From the NCBI RefSeq assembly GCF_963921235.1, contig NC_086102.1, positions 126,232,001 through 126,296,000 of the forward strand: a stretch of DNA of 64,000 nucleotides. Direction: 5' to 3'. Of the stretch, positions 1 through 12,892 are shown in pieces (within the stretch, counting starts at the first letter, position 1; each line of letters begins with the position of its first letter). Made by a program: the position numbers and the translations under genes. A model generated the notes under the pieces. It saw only the letters and a list, made by a program, of their open reading frames with translations. It had not been told where the DNA came from and searched no databases. The stretch comes from Mobula hypostoma. Taxonomy: Eukaryota.

Positions 1-324
1 AAGCAACGTTTTCAGTGATTTCATGGCTATCTTAGGATATTTAGCCTTAACTTCGATCCGGAATGCCGGCAGAGATGTTATGTCAAACATACTTTTCAGC
101 CCGCCGTCATTTGCAGGCTCGGGGAGCTGATCTTCTTCCTGCGCTGACATGGATGACGCGTGCGTAATGACCTCGTGTGCATTGAAGCTCAACAGTGGGT
201 GTGACAGGGAATGAGGAAAGGTACAGCTGACTCCTATCGCCAAATCATATCATTTCCTTGCGGCCCGGTAGCACATGCTTTGCGGCCTGGCACCGGTCTG
301 CAGCCCGGTGGTTGGGGACCGCTG
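1..324 (-). mobile_element. hAT (Charlie-like) non-autonomous DNA transposon, partial
   Basis: TIR CAGCGGTCCCCAACC on - strand ending at 324; - strand of 1-110 reads LKSMFDITSLPAFRIEVKAKYPKIAMKSLKTLL (hAT dimerisation-domain-like); first ~130 bp shared with the 18252 element. Confidence 0.8.
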
Positions 325-1159
325 TTCTAGGGTGTGTTGATTTGCAGTGGGTTTTAAAGAACTGTGAGGCAAGTTTTTTTTCACAAGGATTGTGGTAGGG
401 GCATGGAACACTGCCTGGGGAGGTGCTGAAGAAAACAGATACACGAGCAACTTGTAAAGAGACATTAAGACAAACACATGAAGAGATGTGATGTAGCGAT
501 GTAACCCAAGTGTGAACAGATGGATTTAGTTTAACTTGGCATGATCGGCTTAGTCGTCATGGCCGAAAGTGTGTGTTCCTTTGCTGTGCTGTTCTATGTT
601 CTATTTAAAAGCATGGGAACACCTGGAGGTTGTTCTCTAAGACACACCATTCTGACTTGAAAAAGTATTGCTGTTTCTTCACAAACACATGCTCAAAATC
701 CTGGAATTCCCTGTCTAACAGTATTGTGAGTATACCGCACCCCCGCTGCAGAGGTTCGACAAGGCAGCTCACTGTCATTTCTCAAGGACAATTAGGGATG
801 GCCAATTAAACGCAAGCGCAGCCTGCAAAATCTGCATTCTTTAAATGAATAAAATGACTTTGTACAATATTACAAGTTATGATGACTTGTACGTTAAAGG
901 GATTGTAAATTCATAATTAAATTAGATGCCCATTTAAGTGCCACTGGTAGAAGAGGTTTTAGGCCAAGCAAGTTTGAATTATTCAAATAAGAAATAATTG
1001 AACAATTGATATTTCTTAATTGTAAGATTTTTACAAATAACTGAAGGGAGTTCCCAAGTACTATATTAAGAAGTAACTTTATTACTTCCCGAAGCTGCTT
1101 CATTAAGGTCTCTGTCATGTACTTCCATATTCTGGACAATGTTCCCTTGGCTGAACAGA

Positions 1160-1648
1160 GGAGCACTTTCAGTAATAGACTAAGTCAACTGTGCTGCTCC
1201 AAAGAGCACTATAAGAGGTCATTCTTACCCTCGGCCAATAGTCTCTATAATGAGTCAACCTATAGCTAGTTAAGTGATGACCCCCCCTCTTGTTAGATTG
1301 TTATTAACCTCTGCTTAGCAGAGCTCTGTTTAAACTTTGTTTAGCTCTGTTTACCTCACCCTACTATCATAGACACCCTGTGCAATACTACCATCACTTT
1401 TTATCAGGACAGTGTGAATGTACACCCATTACTGTATAATATTACAGTAATTCTTGCACTACAACCTTATCCATGTGAACTTGAAAATCTTGTAAATCTT
1501 GTCATCTTTGACTCAAATCTTGTGCATCTTATTTTTGAGGTAACTTTTATTCTTCTTCTCTTCCAATATTTCTACATCTGTGTACTTGTAACGTTACTGT
1601 GACACTGAATTTCCTTTGGGATCAATGAAGTATCTATCTATCTCTATC
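1160..1648 (+). mobile_element. LINE 3' end (Rex1/Babar-like) with (TATC)n tail
   Basis: Terminal ORF remnant (..KEHYKRSFLPSA..LYN), atttcctttgggatcaatgaag terminus and TATC repeats. Confidence 0.6.
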
Positions 1649-2964
1649 ACTTAAAAGCAGCAATTTGTATAAGCAAGGGCTCGCGATGGAGTCCTTCTGC
1701 TTTGCTGAGTAGTTGACTGATGCAAACAAAACTTACTGCCACAATGCTAATTTAAAAAAAATCAATAACCTTTTGAGAGCAGGATTTTCTGTATATCTAT
1801 TAACATGTTATGCATGGAAAAGTTTTTTTTCTGTCTACACTCTAAATTCTGTCAGTCCAAGGTGCTTTTTTGAGGTTTGACCAAACCTTTGGTCATTGGT
1901 TATCAAAGATTTGTTTCTGTCGCTGATTTTTTTTTTGTTTTTAACTTGCCTTTGCGGGTGTTTCATTGTTGGGAATTTCACTTTATTTAAAATATCAAAG
2001 TATTTTTACATAAGATTGAGGAACTAAAATCCTGGCTTACACACGGGTTGCCTACATATTATTTTAGTGTGCTACTTTGTCTCACAGCATATGTGCAGTT
2101 AATATATTCCCTGACCATTAAGTACAGGATTTTTCTGCGATATTTAGCATTCACATTGCAATTATCAATTATTTGATAAATGTTCAATATTTCCAGTTAC
2201 CTGTCCCCTGTTTCCTTAATATCTACCTCTTGCCAAACCTTTGGATTTCTGTCCTGATTTTATTTTTTGAGTAGTTCAGTGTACAATCTTTTTACTTTCT
2301 TAGCATCTCGTGATGTTTAAGATGCAAGGGCTTTTTGCTGTATTATCGAACAATTACCAGTAAACATATATGATGGAGGCATTAAAAGTTATTAGTATGA
2401 TGTTCTGATGAAGGTTTGATGAATCATCTTGTTCCTGAAATGTGTCTCTATAAGTTGCTACTTGCTGAGTGTTCCCAACATTTCATCTTAATTTCAGACA
2501 CTACATTTTTAAAACTGATTTCTTGTGTTCCACAAGTGACCAGTAAATCTACCAGAAGACACCACTTAGACCATTTTTGGCCCGTAGTGAACTCTGCACA
2601 AGTTTTGTTCCCTGTTTTCCCTGGCTCAGGATTTAATCTTTACATTGTGTTCAATCTATATAATCTGTTGAGTTTGTGAATTATTCAACCTTGCAGGAAT
2701 TCAGTAAAATTAGTACAAGGAAATTACTTAGTCTGGCTATTCCATAGTAATAGGAATGCTAGGAGTAATTGTATTCATCTAGTACATCCATTTGTGGTTG
2801 ATCTATTTCAACTCTGTCAAGTATATTTTGCCTGTATCATTTTATATTTATGTTGTTTTGTTAAGAAACTTTATTGTACTAATTGGTTGCTGCATAGAGT
2901 CATCGGGAAATCTAGCACGGAAGCAGGCCCTATAGCTCACAAGGTCTCTGCTAATATGAAGTCC

Positions 2965-3680
2965 GTCAAAACATGGAGGAACCATCACGAACTCCACAGC
3001 CCCTGATATCCTGTGATTTTAGTCTCAGACGCTAATGTGCAAGCAGCCTTCAGGAGAGTAAATCCATGAAAAGCATCCAGCCCAGATGAGGCAACCTGGC
3101 CTAAAGACCTATGCTGATCAACTGGTGGAGTATTCACTGAGATCCTTAATCTCTGGCTTCACTAGTCTAAGGTAGCCACTTGTTTTAAGTAGGCCTCAAT
3201 TATACTGGTGCCCTAGAAGAATTATGGTAACCTGCCTCAGTGACTATTGTCCAGTAGCACTTACATCCACCGTAATGTCTTTTGAGAGGTTGGTAATGAA
3301 ACATATCAGCTCCTGCCTGAGAAGCAACTTGGATCTGCTTCAATTTGCCTACTGGAGCAACAGGTCCACAATAGGTGCCATTTTATTGGCTCTTCACTCA
3401 TCCCTGGAACATCTGGACAGCCAAGGTACATACACCAGGATGCTCTTTATTGATTACAGTTTGACACTCAATACCATCATCCCCTCGGAAGTAATCAATA
3501 AACTTCAACACCTTGGCCTCAATACCTCCTTATGCAATCGGATCCTTGATTTCCTCACTTGCAGACCCCAATCAGTTTGGATTGGCAACAACATCTCCTC
3601 TGCAATCTCCCATCAGCACAGGTGCACCACAGGGCTGTGTGCTTAGCCCTCTGCTCTAATCACTTTACATTTATGACCGT
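2965..3680 (+). mobile_element. Rex1/Babar LINE RT fragment (continues at 5536-6440)
   Basis: ORF 3224-3646: [36 protein letters not shown]. Confidence 0.85.
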
Positions 3681-4340
3681 TGTTACCTGTCCCGTGAGTA
3701 TCTCATGAGCATGATGTAATTGTCCCGTGATATTGGCATGATGTAATTGTCCTGATAGTGGGGTGATGTGATGTCAAATGATGGCATGTTCCAACCTGTG
3801 TAAAAGGGGAGACCGCAGTTTGTTGCGTAGTTGTTTTTGTTGGGGAGTCATAGTCGGTGGTTACGTAATCGTGGAAAGAGAGAGAGAGAGTGAAGAATGG
3901 CCAGCTTCGTATGAACCCAAGAAATCAACGGCGTTCAGTGATTGACATTTGGTATGGTCCATACGGGTATTGTGGCACACACTTTTGGTTAACCCCTGCA
4001 TGGTCTTGGGTGTTGTGTGGTGACCACCTCTGGCAAAAGATCAGCTGCTGTGAGAAATCTTATTCTTCGTGATTTCTTTGGACAAGGCATTTCTCGGCTG
4101 GGATCTGCATCAGTAGTTTCATCTTTTCTTTATCAATGGTTCGGGAAGTCTCTCCTCTCACTTATTTCATAAATCACTTGGACTCTTTAAACTACCACTT
4201 TAAGACTGTGTTTGAGTAAGATCTGTTAAGAATTGTCTTTAAATTTGACTGATAACTAAAGACGCCTAACGCTGTTAGCTTCCATTTAAGTTAGTCGTTT
4301 GTTTACTTTTCTATGTTTTTGAGTAGAGGTTAATAAATTT
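3681..4340 (+). mobile_element. 3'-truncated isolated LTR of the Gmr1-like Gypsy family
   Basis: Starts TGTTACCTGTCCCGTGAG and aligns along its length with the LTRs at 55902 and 60994; the last ~60 bp are missing. Confidence 0.92.
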
Positions 4341-4344
4341 CATT

Positions 4345-5535
4345 AACACGAGGAAATCTGCAGATGCTGGAAATTCAAGCAGCACACACAAAATGCTGGT
4401 GGAACGCAGCAAGCCAGACAGCATCCGTAGCAAGAAGCACAGTCGACATTTTGGGCTGAGACCCTTCATCAGGACTAACTGAAAGAAGAGATAGTAAGAG
4501 ATTTGAAAGTGGGAGGGGGAGATCCGAAATGATAGGAGAAGACAGGAGGGGGAGGAATAGAGCTAAGAGCTGGAAAGTTGATTGGCAAAAGGGATACAAG
4601 GCTGGAGGAGGGAGAGGATCATGGGACGGGAGGCCTGGGGAGAAAGAAAGGGGGAGGGGAGCACCAGAGGAAGATGGAGAGCAGGCAAGGAGTTATTCTG
4701 AGAGGGACAGAGAAAGAAAAAAAAAGGAAGATAAATAAATAAATAAGGGATAGGGTAAGAAGGGGAGGAGGAGCATTAACGGAAGTTAGAGAAGTCAGTG
4801 TTCATGCCATCAGGTTGGAGGCTGCCCAGGCAGAATATAAGGTGGTGTTCCTCCAACCTGAGTGTGGCTTCATCTTGACAGTAGAGGAGGCCGTGGATAG
4901 ACATATCAGAATGGGAATGGGATGTGGAATTAAAATGTGTGGCCACTGGGAGATCCTGCTTTCTCTGGCGAACAGAACATAGGTGTTCAGCGAAATGGTC
5001 TCCCAGTCTGCGTTGGGTCTCACCAATATATAGAAGGCCGCACCAGGAGCACGGGACGCAGTATATCACACCAGCCGACTCATAGGTGAAGTGTCACCTC
5101 ACCTGGAAGGACTGTCTGGGGCCCTGAATGGTGGTGAGGGAGGAAGTGTAAGGGCATGTGTAGCACTTGTTCCGCTTATAAGGATAAGTGCCGGGAGGGA
5201 GATCGGTTGGAAGGGGTTGGGGGGACAAATGGACAAGGGAGTCGTGTAGGGAAGCAAGGGGGGGGAGAGAAAGATGTGCTTGGTGGTGGGATCCCGTTGG
5301 AGGTGGCGGAAGTTATAGAGAATTACATGTTGGACCCGGAGGCTGGTGGGGTGGTAGGTGAGGACCCCTATCCCTAGTGGGGTGGCGGGTGAGGATGGAG
5401 TGAGAGCAGATGTGCGTGAAATGGGGGAGATGAGTTTGAGAGCAGAGTTGATGGTGGAAGAAGGGAAACCCCTTTCTTTAAAAAAGGAAGACATCTCCTT
5501 TGTCCTGGAATAAAAGGCCTCATCCTGAGTGCAAA
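4345..5535 (-). mobile_element. Penelope-like retroelement 3' part (GIY-YIG endonuclease and pLTR with decayed hammerhead)
   Basis: ORF 4776-5069 IYCVPCSWCGLLYIGETQRRLGDHFAEH; pLTR CTGATGAAGGGTCTCAGCCCAAAATGTCGAC (GAAAC mutated) at about 4440-4476. Confidence 0.9.
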
Positions 5536-6440
5536 TCTGGTTGAGCGGTGCCACAACAACAACTTCTTACTCAATGTCAGCAAGACCATGGAGCTGATTA
5601 TTGGCTTCAGGTGGAGGAAACCAGAGGCCCATGAGCCAGTCCACATCGGAGTATCAGAAGTGGAGAGGGTCAGCAACTTGATGGTGTTGTTATTTCAGAA
5701 GACCTTTCCTGGGCCTAGCACGTTAAGTCCAATTACAAAGAAATAATGCCAGTGCTGGCTCCATCACAGACTGGTATGGAATCACCAATATCCTTCAATG
5801 GAAAATTCTACAAAAAGTAGTGGATACCGTCCAGTCCACATTGTGTAAAGTCCTCCCCACCAATGAGCACATCTATATGAAGCATTGTTGCAGGAAAACA
5901 GGGATCATTGGTGATTCCATACCAGTCTGTGATGGAGCCAGTCAATATACTCTCCAATACACATCTACAGAAGTTAGTTAAAGTTTTAGATGTCACGCTG
6001 AATGTTCACAAAATCTTAAGGAAGTAGAGTGCACTCAAGACATGCTCTTTTCTTGTTGCTGCCATCAGGAAGAAGGTACAGGAGCCTCAGGACTCACAGC
6101 ACTAGGTTCAGGAGCAGTTATTAACCCTTAACCATCAGACTCCTGAACCAAAGGGGATAACTTCACTTGCCCCATTATTGAAATGTTCCCACAACCTTCG
6201 GATTCAAGGACTCATCTCATGTTCTCAATATCTGTTGCTTATGTATTTATTTTTGTATTTGCACATTTTGTTGTATTTTTGCACACTGATTGAATTCCCA
6301 AGTTGGTGCCGTCTTTCATTGTTTCTGTTATGGTTATTATTCTATAATGAGTTTATTGAGTAAGCCCACAAGAAAATGAATCTCAGGGTTGTACTTGATG
6401 ATGTATATGTACTTTGATAATAAATTAACTTTGAACTAAC
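5536..6440 (+). mobile_element. Rex1/Babar LINE 3' part with internal inversion
   Basis: LNVSKTMELIIGFR-type coding remnant; 3' tail gtactttgataataaa..ctttgaact; inverted block 5907-6033. Confidence 0.8.
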
Positions 6441-6479
6441 CAACCAGCACTCCAGTATGTTAATCCTACATTAACCCAC

Positions 6480-6710
6480 TTTATTTTTTAAACATTTCCA
6501 TCAATTCCCCCAGATTTCTACCCCTGCCTACATACCAAGTTCAGTTAACAATAGCCAATTAATCTAACACCCCAGACATTTTTGGGATGTGGAAGAAAAC
6601 CAGAGCACTACCTAATAGTGCTACCTAATAATAATAACCAGAGCTCACCCAATAGTACAAATTTCACTCCGGATTGAACCCAATTCATGGTGTGGAAGGC
6701 AGCTGCAGAC
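6480..6710 (-). mobile_element. tRNA-derived V-SINE-like element (degenerate)
   Basis: ttttgggatgtggaagaaaaccagagcac V-domain-like core and attgaaccc B-box complement. Confidence 0.55.
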
Positions 6711-7419
6711 AGAATTCATAACATAGGAATGCTGAAAAACTGCTATTACTTTAAAAGATCTTTGGGTCCTCTGAGAGTGCACTATAGAAAAGCAAGTTTC
6801 CTTCAAACATGAAGGTGGCTGTTCATCTTGGGGTTGCATGTGCAATTATGTATGTTGAGCTCCATTCTTATAATTTTAAATGATACATGCCCCCAGGAAT
6901 TTCAGAACAATTTTTTTTTTAATTATTTGCCACTGTTTTGGGAGAAAGTGATTTTGTTTAAAGATGAGATAAATATTCTTGAGATTGGCTTATTTAATTA
7001 CCATGTGTTGACCATTTAAACACTGTACACAAGACACTATCAGGAATGTAGTTATACTTGCAGCACAAAATGACCACCATGTAATATTCATAAACTTGTC
7101 TTTGTGATGTATAAAAATGTTACAGCTCTCGACTTATAAAAGAAGAATAAATTTACTGAACATATTATGTGAATTACTTAACCCAGTTAAACCTGGAAAC
7201 AAAGAGGTCTGTATATTGCAGTGGTAATTGAGGTTGTATCAAAATATGTGGCGCTTCTCCAATGGTTTGCAAAATCTTTTCAGAACTTTACAGCAATTGA
7301 CATGGATATATTTAATCTTTTCATTAATTGGGTGCTTGACAAAATTTTATTTTGTGTCTTCTGGGCTTGAAACATTCTGCTTTTTATTTATTTACTTTTT
7401 TTTGGTTTATAATTTATTA

Positions 7420-7660
7420 TACAGCGTGGAGTAGGCCCTTCTGGCCCTTCAAGCCATGCCACCCCAACAACCCCACAACCTCAGTGACTCATAACCTAAT
7501 CACAGGACAATTTACAACAGGCAGTTAACCTACCCTGTCTATCTTTGGACTGTGTGGTGAAACTGGGAAAACCCACGCAATCCATGGGGAGGATATACAT
7601 GTCACAGAAAGGCACATCTCTTTCCAAACTCCAGTATGCCCCGAGCTGTGATAAAATCAC
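7420..7660 (-). mobile_element. V-SINE/HE1-like SINE
   Basis: tctttggactgtgtggtgaaactgggaaaacccacgca core and CR1-like ggcccttctggccc tail. Confidence 0.6.
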
Positions 7661-7679
7661 TATGTGGTCTCATGTAAAT

Positions 7680-7912
7680 TTTTTTACTCCTATCCAGGAG
7701 TCTCTGAAAAGACCCTATCGTATCTGCCTTCACCATCGTTGCCAGCAGCCCATTCCATGCACTCACCACTCTCTGCGTAAAAAAAAAACAACTTACCCCT
7801 GACACCTCCTCTGTACCTGCTTCCAAGCACCTTAAAACTATGCCCTCTCGTGTTAGCCATTTCAGCCCTGGGAAAAAGCCTCTGACTATCCACTCGATCA
7901 ATGCTTCTCATC
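7680..7912 (-). mobile_element. CR1 LINE ORF2 C-terminal fragment
   Basis: IDRVDSQRLFPRAEMANTRGHSFKV and FFTQRVVSAWNGL motifs. Confidence 0.85.
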
Positions 7913-8890
7913 TTTGATTAATTTCAAAAGATGTATTTGAATTATATCAAATTGGTGGTAACATTTGTTTCACCTTGAATATTTATTAAAAAGTATCTTA
8001 TTTATTTGATAGTTCACCCTAATTTCCGTCTGTTTTCCATTTCTGGCCCTTTTCACTTCTCCTGTAGTACTGACTCGGGTCAGTATTCTCACAAGTAGGA
8101 TTAATTGGTAGCTTGTATTTTAAAAGCCAGATATGGAATTTAAAAATAATGAAAATACTAATTCTGCATGGCTGACATTTTTTTTACAGGCACAATTATA
8201 TTAGTAGAAATAAAACTGCATGACTTTCCCCGTAGGTGTTTGGTGATGCTTTTACAATATTTATTGGTTAAAACTAGAACAATCAAACCCCATTTATTTT
8301 TTAATGGTGGAGTTGTTGGTCATAAAGTGACCTTTATGTTTGCTGTGCTGAACAGTGCAGACACAAAACACATGATAAATTTGAAATTCTACAAGATTCC
8401 AGGTCTTATTTTCCTTTTACTTGGCTCCATTCACACCTTGCAAGAATAAATAATTTCTTTGTGAAATGTAGTTTTAAAAATGATACTTGGTAAAAGTGAC
8501 TGCAGATAAATGGACTGGGATAAATGTGGTTGTAAGATGTTTAAGACACTAAAATGGGTAAGTGGTCTTTTTATAAAAAGAGTCTTGATACACAAATTAT
8601 TGGCAAGTCAGCTTTTTTTGACTTCCTAGAAAATTTTAGAGGGCAGTTAAGAGACAACCTCAAACATATGTAGGTCTGGAATTGCATAAAGATTAGAACT
8701 AGACGAAAATGAACATTTTACTAGATCCAGTGTAATTCAACGAGGTGCTTTGTCAACATTTCCAATGGTATTTTTCTTGTTGATTAATAATTTAATTAAC
8801 TGAATATAATTTTGAATCTCTGAATGTGCAGCACCCTAAAGTAGCTGCCATAATGTTAGTTATGAAACAAAAAAATAGAGTTGTTTCAGA

Positions 8891-10081
8891 TATTGTCTTG
8901 TTGCATCATCCAACCTCTATTAAGCTTCACATGACAGACTGCTACCTTGACATTCTGCTGTAAAATGGCTTGATGAAGTTTTGCATTTATTGTTTGCTCA
9001 ATGATTGCAAGCTGTCCAGGCCCAGAAGCACTAAAGCAACCCCAAACCATGATGCTCCTTCCACCATGCTTCACAGTTGGGATAAGGTTTTAGTGTTGGT
9101 GTGCAGTGTTTCTTTTCTTCCAAACATAACATTTCTGTCATAATGTTCAACTTTTGTCTCATATGTCCACAGAGCATTGTCCCAGAAGTGTTGTGGAACA
9201 TCCAGGCAGTCTTTTGCAAACTTAGACATGCAGCAATGTGTGTTTTTTTTTTGGAGAGCCGTGATTTCCTCTGTGATGTCCTTCCATGAACACCATTTTT
9301 GTTCGCAAACAACAGGAATTCTGCAGATGCTGGAAATTCAAGCAACATACATCAAAGTTGCTGGTGAACGCAGCAGGCCAGGCAGCATCTATAGGAAGAG
9401 GCGCAGTCGACGTTTCAGGCCGAGACCCTTTGTTCAGTGTTTTTCTTATAGAGGACACGTAAACAGAAACTTAAGCAAGTTCTAGAGATTTCTGAGATTT
9501 TTTGCTGTTACCCTGGGGTTCTTTTTCACCTTCTTTAGCATTGCACGTTGTGCTCTTTGATCTTTGCAAGATGCCCAATCCTAGGGAGAGTAGCAACTAC
9601 TGAAATTCCTCCCTTTGGAGACAATTTCTCTTACTGTGGATTGATGAACACTCAAGTCTTTAGAAATGCTTTTAGAATCTACAATTCTTCTGAGGTTCTC
9701 TGCAAGTTGTTTTGATTGAGCCGTGGTGCATGTAAACAGATCTTTCTTGAGAAGAGCAGGTTCTGTCAGTGTTTTTTTTGGGGCAGGGCACCTCTACAAG
9801 GCACACCTTGAATCTCATCTCATTGATTGGAACATCTGGCTTCAAATAGCTTTTGTAGAAGGCATTACCCCAGAGGTTCACATACTTTTCTGAACCTAAA
9901 CTGTGATGGCTTAAATGGTGTGTTCAGTATTGATGAGAAGTACAATTGTTTGTGTGTTATTAGTTTAGGCAGATTGTGTTTGTTTATTATTGTGACTTAG
10001 ATGAAGATCAGACCACATATGAGTGATTAATGCAGAAAACCAGACATTCGCAAAGGATTCACAAACTTTTTCTTGCAACTG
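8891..10081 (-). mobile_element. Tc1-family transposon, partial
   Basis: KHGGRSIMVWGCFS...MQQDN transposase motifs; TIR ..cacaaactttttcttgcaactg|TA at 10081; same family as 54466-61850. Confidence 0.9.
9305..9428 (-). mobile_element. Short Penelope pLTR 3' fragment inserted in Tc1
   Basis: Matches the pLTR at 4345; flanked by tttgttc duplication (9298-9304 / 9429-9435); truncated inside the hammerhead. Confidence 0.8.
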
Positions 10082-10279
10082 TATATTTAAGTCATTTTCA
10101 TTGGATTGCTGTAATATGATGTAAGATCTATAAATTACTTGCTTTGAGATTTGGAATCAACATGGGAATATTCAGAAAGCTGTGTGGTAATATTTCACCC
10201 TCCCTCCACCTTCTTCCTCTGATTCCTCATCTTTTTTTCTCCAGTCCTGATGAAGGGTCCCGGCCAGAAGTGTCAACTA

Positions 10280-11612
10280 CACCCTATCCTCGTTATATGC
10301 AGGGGATACGTTCCTTGAAGTCGACACATAATGTGAATAATTATTTAAATGGAGAAAATAGGGATGCATTCTGGAGGCTTCCTAAATATGTTTTATCTAA
10401 TTTATTCACATTTTCATACCAATACGACACAAAAGCAGTACCACAAGGCAACATTTGTATTATATTTAATCAATTTAAGGTAATATTCAACGTAATAAAT
10501 CATAGAAAGTTAACATACTAAGGTGTACAGTACTCACCAACCAACAGTGGCAGGTGTGTTCGCTCAGGGAGATGAGTGGTTGTGCAGTGATGTCAGGCAG
10601 CTTTACATGGATGAGGTGGATGGTTATTTGTCGTCAGGATCATCAAGGACAGCAAGGGGTGAAGGAAGATTCACAGAACTCTCAGAACTGCCGGCAGCAG
10701 GAGGTGACATCAATTTGAAGAAAGTGGTGAGGGTTGTTTGCTTGGCAGCATTTTGTTTTTCAGCATAAATTTGCTTGTAGGGAAGACGCTTGACTGCAGG
10801 GAATGACTGAAATGCTGACTCCGTTCTAAGCTTGGGTCCATGCCCATCGCCATTTGTGCCAAATATTCCACAGCCTTAAAAAATTCTGCCAGTTGTTTTA
10901 CCGTAAAATCCTTCACCTGCAGCTTGACACTTTCTTCTTCATCGTTATCACCTTCAGTCTGAGTTAAATGCAGAAGGTCATCTACACTTAATTCTTCATC
11001 ATGAGAATCCAGGAGTTCTACCACGTCAGCAGTCTCGAGATCTGAGAATCCTTCCCCACCAATTTTACGGCCCAGGGTCACACAATCCTGGACAGGTGCA
11101 GTGATGGCAGGAAACCCTTTGAGGGTGTGCACACACACTGCCCAAATTGATTTCCACGTTCCATTGAGAGGCTTCTTACTCAAACCCTTAAGAGCATGGG
11201 GGTTTAGTGAATGGTAAACTAAGAGAGGCTTCATCTTACAGTCTTCTTCGGCATTGGAACACATAAACAAAGTCAATCTATCCTTTGCTGCCTTGAAACC
11301 TGACGCAGTTTTTTCATCCTTACTTAGGTAAATGCATTTTGGCATACACTTCCAAAAAAGCCTAGTCTTGTCTGCATTAAACACCTGCTTTGGTGTGATG
11401 CCTAACTCAGCTATTATAGCCCGCAACTGCACAGAGTAGCATCCCAGAGCTTGTTACCTTCACCTGTCGCCGCCCTGTTTATAATTTCCAACAACTTTTT
11501 TTCAAGTATTAAAGCGGTTCTCCGTTGCTTGGCTGATGGCCCAGGACTTGCCATCGGATGCTTAAGAGGCATAGTTAAATATTTCAAGCACAAAATCACT
11601 GCACCGTAGGTA
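10280..11612 (-). mobile_element. Tigger/pogo transposon, internally deleted
   Basis: ORF 10710-11432 VFNADKTRLFWK..KDRLT..KMKPLLVY; CENP-B-like N-terminus near 11414-11570; TA|CACCCTATCCTCGTTAT terminus. Confidence 0.85.
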
Positions 11613-11614
11613 CA

Positions 11615-11845
11615 ATGTAGATTGGGAGACCGTTTCATCGAGCATCTACACTCTATCCACCAGAAAAAGTGGGATCTCCCAGTGGCCACTCATTTTAATC
11701 CCACTTGCCATTCCAATATGTCTATCCATGGCCTCCTCTACTGTCGTGATGAGGCTCCACTCAATTTGGAGGAACAACACCCTGTATTCCATCTGTGTAG
11801 CCTCCGACCTGATGGCATGAACATTGATTCCTCAAACTTCCAGGA
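11615..11845 (+). mobile_element. Penelope GIY-YIG fragment
   Basis: GDRFIEHLHSIHQKKWDLPVATHFN...LEEQH..PDGMNID; a pLTR piece also lies at about 10190-10279. Confidence 0.8.
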
Positions 11846-12531
11846 ACTTCCCCTTGCCATGAATAAAATTAGCACAGTTAATGAGGTGACAAAGTGGGTG
11901 TGGAAAATGTGTTGGAGGCTGTCTGGTAGCAAAAGATCTAATGTGGAAATCTGATCTTTAATATCTTAGACAATGTAATGTGTTTTATATTGCCTTTGGG
12001 GATATTTGTTTCCCAGAATTTCAGTCCTTTTGATTTTAATAGGCATGATTAAATGTAAAGACTAGCAATTTTACTAATTTCATGCATTCAGTGCGTGATG
12101 GTCCTAATTTATTGCTATTAATTCTTACTTTCCAATTCCTTGCTCAGAATTCTGTGATTCTTTCTTCCCAACCCCAAATATATTTATATATTCCTTTCTG
12201 AAAGCTAAAATTCAATCTATCTCCATCATCCTTCTGGCTATTCTATTCTGGATTTTCTGCCCTCATGTTCTAAAAAGAGTTATTTTCTCAGTTCTGGCTC
12301 TTTATTGCCTGCAATCTTTGTCAGTGGAAACAATTTCTGCTTTTACACACATAACCTTTCGTGTTGTAAAGAAAAGAATATCAATGTGTACACATTGGAA
12401 AGTAATCAAGTTTTGTAATAACTTGTCAAATAAGTAATTGCAGTCACTTCCTGCTTGACTCTGCAGTATATGCTGCCAACTTTGCCTTTTAACATGATTT
12501 AATTCCACATTTTCTGGTATTGCAGGTAACT

Positions 12532-12636
12532 ATGGATTCCAGTACAGAAACTCAGCATGGTGACACTGCAATTTCAGAAGCAGAAACTCACCAGCTAGCG
12601 GTGCAGACACAAGCACAGCTTGCCACTATAGCGCAG
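12532..12636 (+). CDS. CREB1: CREB1-like transcription factor, first coding exon (exon starts 12526; MDSSTETQHGDTAISEAETHQLAVQTQAQLATIAQ)
   Basis: Acceptor tgcag|GTAACTATGG, donor GCGCAG|gtatat; 105 coding nt, phase 0; resembles the CREB1 N-terminus (..GDAAVTEAENQQMTVQAQPQIATLAQ). Symbol is the best family match; orthology is uncertain. Confidence 0.88.
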
Positions 12637-12892
12637 GTATATATTTTCAGTGTTATTTACAAATAGTCTTGTGTGATCAGTGTCTGAGTAAGTATTCAGA
12701 TCTTCAATGCAAAATCAGTTGAAATATTTCTCAAATCTATTTATTTAAAAGAAAAGCGAGTCTTCCCTCGCCCCCCCCCCCATGTATTGACAACACTTTT
12801 TCCCAACCTGCATCACTAAAACAGTTAATCTTACATTGTTTTTGGGGCATTACTAGTGCACATTGGATGCCTTGTTTCTTGCATGACATTTC

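Noticed and set aside
10710-11432. TIGD-like domesticated transposase
   Set aside because: Internal deletions remove much of the HTH and DDE regions; frameshifted relative to the N-terminus.
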